Position numbers and translations under genes: made by a program
The notes under the pieces: model-generated
Databases searched by the model: none
What the model was told of the DNA's origin: nothing
What the model saw: only the letters and a program-made list of their open reading frames with translations
Part shown: piece after piece, positions 8,992 through 17,746 of the stretch
Layout of the letters: each line of letters starts with the position of its first letter
How positions within the stretch are numbered: position 1 is the first letter of the stretch
Assembly (NCBI GenBank): GCA_964584775.1
Contig: CAZPBC010000008.1
Location: 1,570-65,569, forward strand
Length of the DNA: 64,000 bases
Source: an uncultured bacterium
Lineage (GTDB): Bacteria; Chlamydiota; Chlamydiia; Chlamydiales; SLFE01
Direction: 5' to 3'

Positions 8992-11223
8992 ATGTCTATA
9001 GGAAATGTTCCAGGTGGTGACAGACTCGGTGAAGTCCTTCAGCAGATGGGTATTGCAGACATCGAAAGCGATAACAATCAAGTGCAATCGAAGAAGGTCG
9101 AGAAAAAGAATATTGAGATCAAAGACAGTGTCAGCCAATACGAAGGTGGCGGAGTCGAGGAGAATGAATTCGGCCTTGCAGGAGCGAACAACCCACGTCT
9201 CTCGAGCCCCAACAAAGCGCTCTTGGATGAGTGGCAAACAGGTGCGACCACCTTCAGAGCGGTCGGGACACTCCCCTCTGCACAACCGAAGCCTGTGACA
9301 GACGTCCAAGGAACTCCTATTGAAGACGGCTTCATCCAGCTGATCGCAGGAAACCACCCCTATGCAAAAATGGCCATCCTAGTCCTAGGGGAAAAAGAGT
9401 TTGAACAACTCCTTCAAGCCCATTTCCAAGAACTGGGAGAGCCCCTTCCTCTCAATGCCAGCTCCCCTGCTTTTGGAAAGGCGGTGGATGCCATCATGGA
9501 AAAACACCTTCAGGAGACGGGAGCAACCTACCCAGAGGTGCTCAACGAATCCGTTTCAGGAGGGATGAGTATCCTTCAGGGCATCGATGTCTACCTCGAG
9601 TACCTAAATGGGGTGGAGCCTGGCCAAAGAAGTGTGCTCCATGGACCAAAGCTCGACACGATGATTCATATCAACGCGAGCCAGACGGAGATGATCGACA
9701 CGATCGTTCTCACTTTACAAAACACAAATGCTCTAGGAGACAAAGTCGTTTTAATGGACTTCCTGAAGGAGCTCGCCGAGGTTGCAGCCCTGGTCCGTAA
9801 AGCACTTTTAGAGTCCAAGATTGCAGACACTCAAAAGTCTGGAGATATCGCTCGAAATAAAGCACAAGTCACCGACGAACGAGCGGCGTTCATGAAAGAG
9901 AAGTTTCTAGAGCAGCTCAAGATGTTGAAGATGCAAAGAGTGATGGAAGTCCTTGGTGACTTCATGAGAATTGCGATGTACGTCATCCAAGCGCTCATGC
10001 TCTGCGTGACTCTTCTCTTCTTACCGCTCGCACCGATCATGACGCTTGTCATGTTTGCCGTCCAGGTGGCCTTGCTGGCCATTGTCATCACCCTGACAGA
10101 GACAGGGGCCATGGAGGATATGTTCGAAGGGATCAACGAGCTCGTTGCAGATGTTTCAAACGAACTCGGCATCAGTGAAGACATTGGAAATGTGGTCTTT
10201 TGGGCAATCATCATTGTTGTCATTCTCCTCGTTGCCCTCCTCTTGATCTTTGTGCCTATACTGGGTGCACTTGTTCCAGCGATTGCTGGAGCGATCATTG
10301 CTGCGGTCGTTCAGAACTCTGGCATCCTTGATGTCATTGGTGACTGGCTCGTTGAGCTCACTGGATGGGATTCAACGATTGGTAAAGGAGTCCTTAAAGG
10401 GCTCGCCGGGTTTGCCTTCTCACTCACTACCGGACTTCTTCTCGGGTTGATGAACATCGTCCGGGAGATCGTCAAGGAGTTGCTAAAAATCGTCATCGAA
10501 CTCGTGGTGGAGATCATTAAGTTGGTCATTACCATCGTCATACAGCTCGGGGTCTCCCTGGTGAAGTTGATCGTCAAAGCTGTCAAAGCGATCATGAAAG
10601 CGGGCACGAGTGCGATCAAGGCTGCCATTAAACAGGTCATTAAGTTCATTCTTGAACTTGTAAAGACCATTTTTGCCTTTATCAAACAGATCTTCACGCT
10701 TGTGATGCAGCTATTGAAAGAGGTGATGAAGCAGGTCATCAAAGTCTTAAAGTCCATGCTCAAAGCGATTATTAAAATGGTGAAAAAGATTCCCGATATG
10801 ATCATGAATCTGGTGAAGCAATTAGGTATACAAATGCTGGTGGAGCAGATCACAGGCACTTTAACCAAACTGATAGAAGCTTTGGCGAATGTCATAAAAT
10901 CTTTGAAGGAGTTGATTCAACAGCTCCTCCAAGCCGTTACCAGCATTGTGCAAACAATCATTCAAAAAGGAGCTCAAGTTGTCCTTCAGCTCACTGCTGC
11001 AGGGTACCGAACGGCGATGGCGAAAGTGGAAATCATCAAGGGTGAGATGGACACGGTGGTGGCCATTCTTGATGAACTTTTGAAATTTATGGGAGCAGAC
11101 CTTCAGAAAACGATTAGTAGCGAAGGTCTTGAAGCCTTTGAGGAGATGACCATGGAGATGGCCAAAGCCTTCGAAGGCGTCATTAAAAACTACTCTGGAA
11201 TCCTCTCTAAATTGACTTCATAG
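8992..11223 (+). CDS. CopB/SctE-like major translocator
   Basis: I prefer the ATG at 8992 (RBS AGGAGA), just after the chaperone stop. It has an LMDFLKELAEV motif plus a coiled coil. A hydrophobic block of about 180 aa follows (MRIAMYVIQALMLCVTLLFLPLAPIMTLVMFAVQVALLAIVITL ... ALLLIFVPILGALVPAIAGAIIAAVV), then a long Lys/Ile/Val amphipathic region. The order chaperone, this gene, then a CopD-like gene matches scc2-copB-copD. Confidence 0.7.
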   Translation: MSIGNVPGGDRLGEVLQQMGIADIESDNNQVQSKKVEKKNIEIKDSVSQYEGGGVEENEFGLAGANNPRLSSPNKALLDEWQTGATTFRAVGTLPSAQPKPVTDVQGTPIEDGFIQLIAGNHPYAKMAILVLGEKEFEQLLQAHFQELGEPLPLNASSPAFGKAVDAIMEKHLQETGATYPEVLNESVSGGMSILQGIDVYLEYLNGVEPGQRSVLHGPKLDTMIHINASQTEMIDTIVLTLQNTNALGDKVVLMDFLKELAEVAALVRKALLESKIADTQKSGDIARNKAQVTDERAAFMKEKFLEQLKMLKMQRVMEVLGDFMRIAMYVIQALMLCVTLLFLPLAPIMTLVMFAVQVALLAIVITLTETGAMEDMFEGINELVADVSNELGISEDIGNVVFWAIIIVVILLVALLLIFVPILGALVPAIAGAIIAAVVQNSGILDVIGDWLVELTGWDSTIGKGVLKGLAGFAFSLTTGLLLGLMNIVREIVKELLKIVIELVVEIIKLVITIVIQLGVSLVKLIVKAVKAIMKAGTSAIKAAIKQVIKFILELVKTIFAFIKQIFTLVMQLLKEVMKQVIKVLKSMLKAIIKMVKKIPDMIMNLVKQLGIQMLVEQITGTLTKLIEALANVIKSLKELIQQLLQAVTSIVQTIIQKGAQVVLQLTAAGYRTAMAKVEIIKGEMDTVVAILDELLKFMGADLQKTISSEGLEAFEEMTMEMAKAFEGVIKNYSGILSKLTS

Positions 11224-11258
11224 AGAGCCAGAAAAAAATAAGAAATAAGGAGAAGACT

Positions 11259-12410
11259 ATGACGAACATACAAGGACCTCCTCCAGATGCAAACCTCCCT
11301 CCTGTTGGAGGAACACCAGGACAGTCAGGACAGACTCCTGGACAGGCGTCTGGTCAAGGTGACCCGGAAGTCCAAGACGGGACAGAGATGATCAAAAAGG
11401 TGTTCAAAGGTGGTGGGAAAGGCACCACAGGAACCGCTCAAGAAGGAGAGACTCCCCTACAGGATATTGATGAATTTGGAAAAATGGCCGGTGAAGCTCT
11501 AGAAGACGCTAGTGATGATCTCCTCGAAAGTTTAGGGCTGAAAGACAAAAAGAAAAAAACAGATCAATCCAGGGCTGCGCGTACACAAGGAAGAATGGCG
11601 ACAACACTCGGACAAAGCCAACAAGGTGAACAAACACAAATGAAAGTCCAAACGAGTGTACAAAATACCGTGGGTGCTAGAGCAAGCCACCCTGTCCTCG
11701 CTCCCCCTGCAACGGGAGAAAAAATTCCAATGGGTGAAGGAGGCATTGGGAACCCATGGCTCCAACCCTCACTCGCGACTGCTCTATTCAGTGCGTGGTT
11801 CGAAGTGCTACCCATATTGATGGGGATTAAAATTGAAGAGGCTAAAGCGGAGGCTGCAGAGATCATCCACGGAGCTGAGCTCTCCAAAGCGAAAGCCGAA
11901 ATGATCATGGAAATTCACGCTCTCGAAGCAGAAAAACTCATGACCCAAGCCGTATCGATGTTCATCCAAGCAGGGCTACAGGTCGCTCAGATGGCTGTCA
12001 CCCTTGCGATGCAGGTGGTCGGTGCAGCGATGAATGCGGTCGGTGGAGCGGTCAACGCTGTAGGAGGCATTGCCTCAGGGGCTACAGGAGGAGCCGTGCC
12101 CTCCATGAAAATGCCTACGATGGGCCCTCAAGAGATGCAAATGATGACGAAGATGATCGACCAGGGATTTGGAGCAGCTACATCGATCGTTCAAGGGGTG
12201 AGTAAAATGATCGAAGCCTCCATTGAAATTGAAAAAGGAAGGGCGGAGTACATCAAATCCTGCCTCGAACACATGCTTCAAACTTCAAATCAAATCCAAC
12301 AAGCACACCGAGAAGCGAAGAAAGAAGCATCAGAACTGATTTCGACCTTCATTCAGGCAATGAACCAGTTCATTCAGTATGAAACCGTCTTCAGAACGGA
12401 CATACGTTAA
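11259..12410 (+). CDS. CopD/SctB-like minor translocator
   Basis: A 383-aa ORF with a Gly/Pro/Gln-rich N-terminus and a central hydrophobic and Ala/Gly-rich segment (QAGLQVAQMAVTLAMQVVGAAMNAVGGAVNAVGGIASGATGG). The C-terminus is helical. It lies directly after the CopB-like gene. Confidence 0.6.
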   Translation: MTNIQGPPPDANLPPVGGTPGQSGQTPGQASGQGDPEVQDGTEMIKKVFKGGGKGTTGTAQEGETPLQDIDEFGKMAGEALEDASDDLLESLGLKDKKKKTDQSRAARTQGRMATTLGQSQQGEQTQMKVQTSVQNTVGARASHPVLAPPATGEKIPMGEGGIGNPWLQPSLATALFSAWFEVLPILMGIKIEEAKAEAAEIIHGAELSKAKAEMIMEIHALEAEKLMTQAVSMFIQAGLQVAQMAVTLAMQVVGAAMNAVGGAVNAVGGIASGATGGAVPSMKMPTMGPQEMQMMTKMIDQGFGAATSIVQGVSKMIEASIEIEKGRAEYIKSCLEHMLQTSNQIQQAHREAKKEASELISTFIQAMNQFIQYETVFRTDIR

Positions 12411-12419
12411 AAGCTTAAT

Positions 12420-12441
12420 TTTTCCCTATCGTTAGGGAAAA
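12420..12441 (+). other. Perfect 9-bp intercistronic hairpin abutting the next RBS
   Basis: The hairpin is TTTTCCCTA-tcgt-TAGGGAAAA and is immediately followed by GGAGG, the RBS for the ATG at 12452. No U-run follows. Confidence 0.35.
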
Positions 12442-12451
12442 GGAGGAACCT

Positions 12452-14890
12452 ATGGATTTAGGTGGTTTAGATATATCCAAGCTGATGGGTCCGGGTGGAG
12501 ATCTCAAAATGGGAGAGACCACTGAACAAACCCAGACAGCTGCAGGTCTTGCCGCGCTTCAAGAAAGCCAGTCACAGGCTGGAGAAGGAGGAGAGCAACA
12601 GATCAACCAAGGATCTCCTAACTTACCCCCTCCCTCCATTGGTCTTTTAAAGGAGTTTTTCTCACAGGAGCTCTCCCTTGAAGAGATCGAAGAGGCGTTG
12701 AAGTTCATCACAGAATCAGAAGAGTTCGAGACCTATGCTAGAAAGAACTTAAACCTGGATAGCAAATCTCCAGCCGAACGCCTCAAGGAGATCATCGACG
12801 AGTACTTCAGCGACGAAGAAGGAGTTCCGGTTGAGGTTCTGTTAAGAAAGGCTCTTGCGAAGATGCTAGAAATGTTACTCAGTGGCAATCCTGACCTCTC
12901 TGCAGATCTTGGGGGTCTCTTCAACCGCGTCCAATCACAAGTGGTGAATAACTCGGTCCCTGAAGGGAAATTTGCGATGGAAGCTATCAAACAGTTCTTT
13001 GCTTCAACCGGCGTTGAGGCAGACGAGCAGATGATTGCGGATGAGTTTCTTGCTGCTTTAAAAACGACCTTTGAGAATGAAGAGAAGGTCTTTTCTCTAG
13101 ACAGTCCCTTCTTGAAGACGGCAGTGGAAGAGGTCACAATGGAGTACCTCATCAAATCTGGCATGTCTGCTGAAGAGGCCGAGAATTTTATCAGCGAACA
13201 ACTCCCCGCTCTCACCATCGGAAGTGAATTCAACAACTGGCTGGGAGGTGTTTCGACTGCTCAGGTACAAGATATCCCACCACCACCACCCGTGGTCAAT
13301 ACAGAGGCGGTGGATGAGTTATCAGCTGAACTCACTGCCCTGCTCGATGCTCCGACACTGGGACCTGGCAAAATCAGTATCCTTGAATTTATGAAGATGG
13401 TCAAAGAGGCGATTCAAGAGCTTGAAGACCTCATCAATGAAATTATCTTGCAGGACTTAGAGCTCCAGAAGAGTCAAAGGCTTTCTCAGCTAGAGGTCAT
13501 CGATGCTGCTGCAGCCCTCTTTATGGGTGGAGAGATCAATCCTGAAGATATTGAGAAGTTCCTTGCTGGAGATGAGAGTCTCGACTCTGCGACAAAGATG
13601 CAGATTGAGATGCTCGCTGAAGAAGGAGAGCTCCAAGAGCTGAGAGATAAAAAAGCAGCCGGTGAAAATATTGAAGGAGCCACTAGAAGCCTAGCTGATA
13701 AGATCAACGAACGGCTAGACAACTACAGCGGATCGGCAGCCTTAGTCCTTCTTGATATCCTAGACGCCTTTGTGAAGATGAAGGAAGCAGAAGCGGCTGA
13801 GAAAAATGAACAGGCAGATGCCGCTGCATCGGATGGGCAAGGAGACATCATTAGTAACTATACTGAAGAGGTGACCAAGATTGTCAATGAGATGCTCCAA
13901 AAGCTCACAGGACTTGTCAACCTTGGAACCATTGAGATGGAGTCTCTCTCTCAGTTTGGTAAAGCGATCGACAAGTTGATGGAGCAGCTTAAGGGAGAAG
14001 ATCAAGCAGGTGGAAAGGACCTCCTCCGCTCCCTGGCTGAGTTAATCAGCGCCAAACTGGGCGGCCCTGGTGGACTAGAGCAAAAAGTGGCCGGTCTCGA
14101 TGTGAGCTCGATGGTTCAAGCCCTTCTTGCTACAGGAAACAAGGGTGTCAACGAGATGAGTGGAGGCACCTCCTCACAGATGATCACCGCCTACCTCGAC
14201 GATGCGGCCATCAATGCCCTCATGATAGCAAGCTTCTTGCAGGGTGCAGGAATGCTAGAGAGTGGCGAAGGAACCACCGAGCTAGGACAGCTTTCTGGAG
14301 TCGCCGTCACCATAGGCCTGGTTGCCTCGCTCCTGGGAGGAGGGGCAAGTGTCAGCGATGTGAAAGATGTGCTGAACTCACTACAAAACATCTCCTCGAG
14401 TGTGGCCTCAACCGGTTTTGCAGGCTTCCTTGGAGGCGCGATCGCAGACAGCCAAGGACTTTCTGAGGGCGACCAAGCCGCACTCACAGGAATATTAAGT
14501 GGAATTCTCTCGAGTGTCGGAAAAACCTCGAACGAAGAGGAGACTGAGGCAACAGGTGAGATCGTAAAACAATTGAGACAACTGTTGAAAGCACTTGAGC
14601 AGGTTCTCCAAAACCTTCTTGCTGGCGTCTCGAATGGATCGATCCCTCTAGAAGGGATCGGTGCGGCGGTCGCAGCCGGAGTTGGAGAGGCCGTAGGAGC
14701 TTTTGTGGGTGGAGTTTCCGGCTCCAGTGGACAAGACCTCGATCAACTCATCCAACAGCTTTCAGGAGCACTGCAGGGGCAGCTGACAACCAACGCAGCC
14801 TCCCCTGAAGCCACACAATTTTTGGTCAATGCCATGCTAGCAGCAGGAATGGGACCTGCTCAGATGGGTGGACCTCAGATGGCTGCATAA
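12452..14890 (+). CDS. Large acidic helical protein of the translocator-associated family, putative T3SS substrate
   Basis: An 812-aa ORF with the RBS AAGGAGG. It carries the ISILEFMKMVKEAIQELEDL motif shared with the neighbouring SctE-like proteins. Only weak Gly/Ala-rich hydrophobic stretches occur near the C-terminus. Confidence 0.6.
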   Translation: MDLGGLDISKLMGPGGDLKMGETTEQTQTAAGLAALQESQSQAGEGGEQQINQGSPNLPPPSIGLLKEFFSQELSLEEIEEALKFITESEEFETYARKNLNLDSKSPAERLKEIIDEYFSDEEGVPVEVLLRKALAKMLEMLLSGNPDLSADLGGLFNRVQSQVVNNSVPEGKFAMEAIKQFFASTGVEADEQMIADEFLAALKTTFENEEKVFSLDSPFLKTAVEEVTMEYLIKSGMSAEEAENFISEQLPALTIGSEFNNWLGGVSTAQVQDIPPPPPVVNTEAVDELSAELTALLDAPTLGPGKISILEFMKMVKEAIQELEDLINEIILQDLELQKSQRLSQLEVIDAAAALFMGGEINPEDIEKFLAGDESLDSATKMQIEMLAEEGELQELRDKKAAGENIEGATRSLADKINERLDNYSGSAALVLLDILDAFVKMKEAEAAEKNEQADAAASDGQGDIISNYTEEVTKIVNEMLQKLTGLVNLGTIEMESLSQFGKAIDKLMEQLKGEDQAGGKDLLRSLAELISAKLGGPGGLEQKVAGLDVSSMVQALLATGNKGVNEMSGGTSSQMITAYLDDAAINALMIASFLQGAGMLESGEGTTELGQLSGVAVTIGLVASLLGGGASVSDVKDVLNSLQNISSSVASTGFAGFLGGAIADSQGLSEGDQAALTGILSGILSSVGKTSNEEETEATGEIVKQLRQLLKALEQVLQNLLAGVSNGSIPLEGIGAAVAAGVGEAVGAFVGGVSGSSGQDLDQLIQQLSGALQGQLTTNAASPEATQFLVNAMLAAGMGPAQMGGPQMAA

Positions 14891-14912
14891 AACACCTCTT
14901 GGAGTCAATGCA

Positions 14913-17726
14913 ATGAACATCAACCCCAACATTTCAGGTTATGGTGTTGAGTATCAACAGGCGCTCAATGAGCTGCAGGAGATCAACCAAGCAACAATAG
15001 AACAACTTTCAAACGATGAGGAGGTCTCTGACGTCTTGTCTACGAGTACAGAGGCCCTTGGTGATCTCGAAATAGACCCACAAAACCCACGCCTCCCTAA
15101 CCCAAACCAAGCTCTTCTATCCAGCGTTCCTACCAACCCTCAACTCATTGATTATTTTATTCAAAACTCTGAGGCGATGAAAGAGCTGATTTTCTCAGTG
15201 AGTTACTATAGTGATTTAGTGAATGCGGGCATCCCTGAAGCCGAAATTGAATCGATGGTCAAGAGTATTTTAGTCAACAACTCCAACTCTCCATATACGC
15301 CCGATGCCCTTGTCAAAAGAGCGATGGGAGAGATCATGCATCAAGAGCTTCAGGCAGAACCGAATGCGGAACTAGAAACGGAATGGTTCAATCTTAGAGC
15401 TGAGCTTTTATCCCAAAATGAGCCGACTGCAAAACTGCTCATCCAACAGTGGACACAGCACTTTATTCAGGAAGGGAACACTCCTGAAAGAGCTGCCGAA
15501 CTGGCTAACAAAGCAGCGGTTCTCTCTGTCGATCAAACCCTTTCCGAAGAAGGAGTGATCACTCCCTTTTACGGGATGCATCCAGCGATTGATGGAGCCG
15601 TTCTTGCAGCGATCAAAACCTCACTCGAAGGAGTCGAAAATGCCCAGTTTAAGGCTGCACTCGCCCAAGATCTAGTGAGTGCAGGAAACATGATAACTAA
15701 TGGGGTCAGCGGGGCGACACAAGTCGAAAACCCCGAACAACTCTCACAGGATGCGATCGATGCGCTGGCTGCTAAAAACGAAGGCCACAAGGAGTACATC
15801 GAAGAACTACTTGTCATGCTTCAACAAGTTCCGATGAACTCACAGGAAAAAGTGGCCATTCTCGAGTTCATGAAGTTTGTTGCGATTGCAATCAATAACA
15901 TGGACGCCGCCATTGCTCAAATGAACATCGACGATACGAGACTGACGAAAAGCGAAGCGCAGATGAAGATTGAAACCGCGGTCGCAAATATGGAGAACAA
16001 AATCAGTGAGATCAAAGAAGCCATGAGAAAGCTGCGTGAAATGCAGGAGAAGGTTGAAAAGATGAAAAACATGTTTGGGGTCTTCTCTGTACTCGCAGAT
16101 GTGATGATGAGTGTCATGATGGCCGTTTTTGGAGTGATTATTGTCGCTGTTGCTCCCCTTCTTGCAGCAACAGTCACGGTGCTTGTCAGCTACGTGATTG
16201 GTGCCCAGGTTTTTCTCGCAGCCCTTGGGATACTTGGTATGATCATCGGGACGATCATCGCGATCATCTTATTCGCAACTGGAGCAGGAATTCCTTTAGC
16301 TATTGTGGTCGAAGTCATTGTGATCGTTGTTTTAGCTGTTATTACTATAGTTGCTGAGATACTCGTCATGATTGTCACTGCTATTATAGGAGTGATCGCG
16401 TTGATACTGGGAGCCATACTGCTCATGGCTCTCTTAGTCTTGGCTCTGCTCGCCGTGAGTAAGGCACTCACAGAACACACCAATGTCACAGAAGATCTTG
16501 CGGATTCTTTTGGGCCAGCCCTACTCAATCTCCTCGATCAAGTTGGAATTGATGTCGATCTAGATACTTGTTACTGGATCTGTGCCATTGCACCCATTGT
16601 GATTGTGGCGGTGATCTTGGTCGCCGTCCCTCTCATATTAATTCTTGCGATCGTTCTCGTCCCCATCATTGCTGTGATTGGTACTCCTCTGATGCTCAGT
16701 ATCCCCGTCGTCTTTCTTGCTGCTCTGGCCGTCGCTTGGATTGCACTTTTAGCGTTTGTGGTTGTCGCCTCTCTCCTTCCTTCTTTCGTGGCCATTTTTG
16801 CTTTCGCTGCGGCACTCCTAGTCGCCATTGTGCTGCTTCTTGTTGCTGTCTTATTTTGGATCGCAGCCCTCATTGTCGCACTCCTTCCTGTCATTTTAGT
16901 AGTCCTTTTAGCCATCATTTTGGCAGCAGCGGGGCTCATTGCCGCTACGCTTCTCCCAGCAATCATCATGACGATGCTGCAGTGGATTCCGATGTTCCTC
17001 AAAAAAGCAGGAGCCTACAAGTCAATCGCTGAAGGACTTGGTGAAGCAATGGGACTCTCTGAAGAAGATATCGAAGGACTTGAATTGGCACTCACGGGAA
17101 TGGGAGCCATGGCCACCGCCTCCTCAGGACAACAGGTGAATGAAAATGTCATGAGCGGTCCCAGTGCTGAAGAGCAAGAAGAGATGGACGCGATGGGAAC
17201 CGAATATGGTATGGAGACCGAAATGGAAGGTCTTGAAGCGACCATTGATCGAATTTCAAAATATATCGGGATGCTCAACGGCCCGAACATCACGGAGGAG
17301 TATCGAGAAGAGTATGAGAAGAAAAGCATCGGCTCCCAGGCTGCCCAAATTGAAGAGCTGATGAAAGTCATGAAGCAGGTGAAAATTCAGCTTCAAAAAG
17401 TCCTCGATGCGATGACCAAAGGAGGCACAGGAGAAGGGATGGATCTAGGAAGTGCTCAACAGGAGCTCTCCACCTTCATCCAGACTTCACTGACTTCGGC
17501 ATTGCCGAGCCTTAAAAAAATCCTCCCAGAAGACCTAGCGAATATGGCCACACCTGAGAACACTGGAGGAGCAGGAGGAGATATCATCGGATCCCTACAA
17601 TCACTTGCTGTGCAGTCCATGCCTGATGCGGACCGCATGCGCGAAAATGCGCAAAGGGATCTCGATCGTTACTTGGCAGAGGAAGAAGAGGAAAAGTATG
17701 AAACGGCCAATGTGTTTATGAGTTAA
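14913..17726 (+). CDS. Giant SctE/CopB-like paralogue A with a ~300-aa hydrophobic core
   Basis: The ATG at 14913 has GGAG 8 nt upstream. It has a VAILEFMKFVAIAINNMD motif plus a coiled coil. An almost uninterrupted I/V/L/A-rich region follows, from about residue 390 to 690, with one polar loop. The C-terminus is acidic. It is collinear with 17747-20557. Confidence 0.8.
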   Translation: MNINPNISGYGVEYQQALNELQEINQATIEQLSNDEEVSDVLSTSTEALGDLEIDPQNPRLPNPNQALLSSVPTNPQLIDYFIQNSEAMKELIFSVSYYSDLVNAGIPEAEIESMVKSILVNNSNSPYTPDALVKRAMGEIMHQELQAEPNAELETEWFNLRAELLSQNEPTAKLLIQQWTQHFIQEGNTPERAAELANKAAVLSVDQTLSEEGVITPFYGMHPAIDGAVLAAIKTSLEGVENAQFKAALAQDLVSAGNMITNGVSGATQVENPEQLSQDAIDALAAKNEGHKEYIEELLVMLQQVPMNSQEKVAILEFMKFVAIAINNMDAAIAQMNIDDTRLTKSEAQMKIETAVANMENKISEIKEAMRKLREMQEKVEKMKNMFGVFSVLADVMMSVMMAVFGVIIVAVAPLLAATVTVLVSYVIGAQVFLAALGILGMIIGTIIAIILFATGAGIPLAIVVEVIVIVVLAVITIVAEILVMIVTAIIGVIALILGAILLMALLVLALLAVSKALTEHTNVTEDLADSFGPALLNLLDQVGIDVDLDTCYWICAIAPIVIVAVILVAVPLILILAIVLVPIIAVIGTPLMLSIPVVFLAALAVAWIALLAFVVVASLLPSFVAIFAFAAALLVAIVLLLVAVLFWIAALIVALLPVILVVLLAIILAAAGLIAATLLPAIIMTMLQWIPMFLKKAGAYKSIAEGLGEAMGLSEEDIEGLELALTGMGAMATASSGQQVNENVMSGPSAEEQEEMDAMGTEYGMETEMEGLEATIDRISKYIGMLNGPNITEEYREEYEKKSIGSQAAQIEELMKVMKQVKIQLQKVLDAMTKGGTGEGMDLGSAQQELSTFIQTSLTSALPSLKKILPEDLANMATPENTGGAGGDIIGSLQSLAVQSMPDADRMRENAQRDLDRYLAEEEEEKYETANVFMS

Positions 17727-17746
17727 ATTTTTCAAGGAGAAGTCTT

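Noticed and set aside
16190-17002. Long antisense ORFs (16190-16528, 16571-17002 and their twins at 19021-19359 and 19402-19833; also 9831-10298 and 10311-10895) opposite the hydrophobic translocator cores
   Set aside because: They mirror the codon periodicity of Ile/Val/Leu/Ala-rich sense sequence and have no RBS. Their composition is odd, rich in Thr/Ala/Met/Ile/Arg. They are duplicated only because the sense genes are duplicated. I treat them as artefacts.
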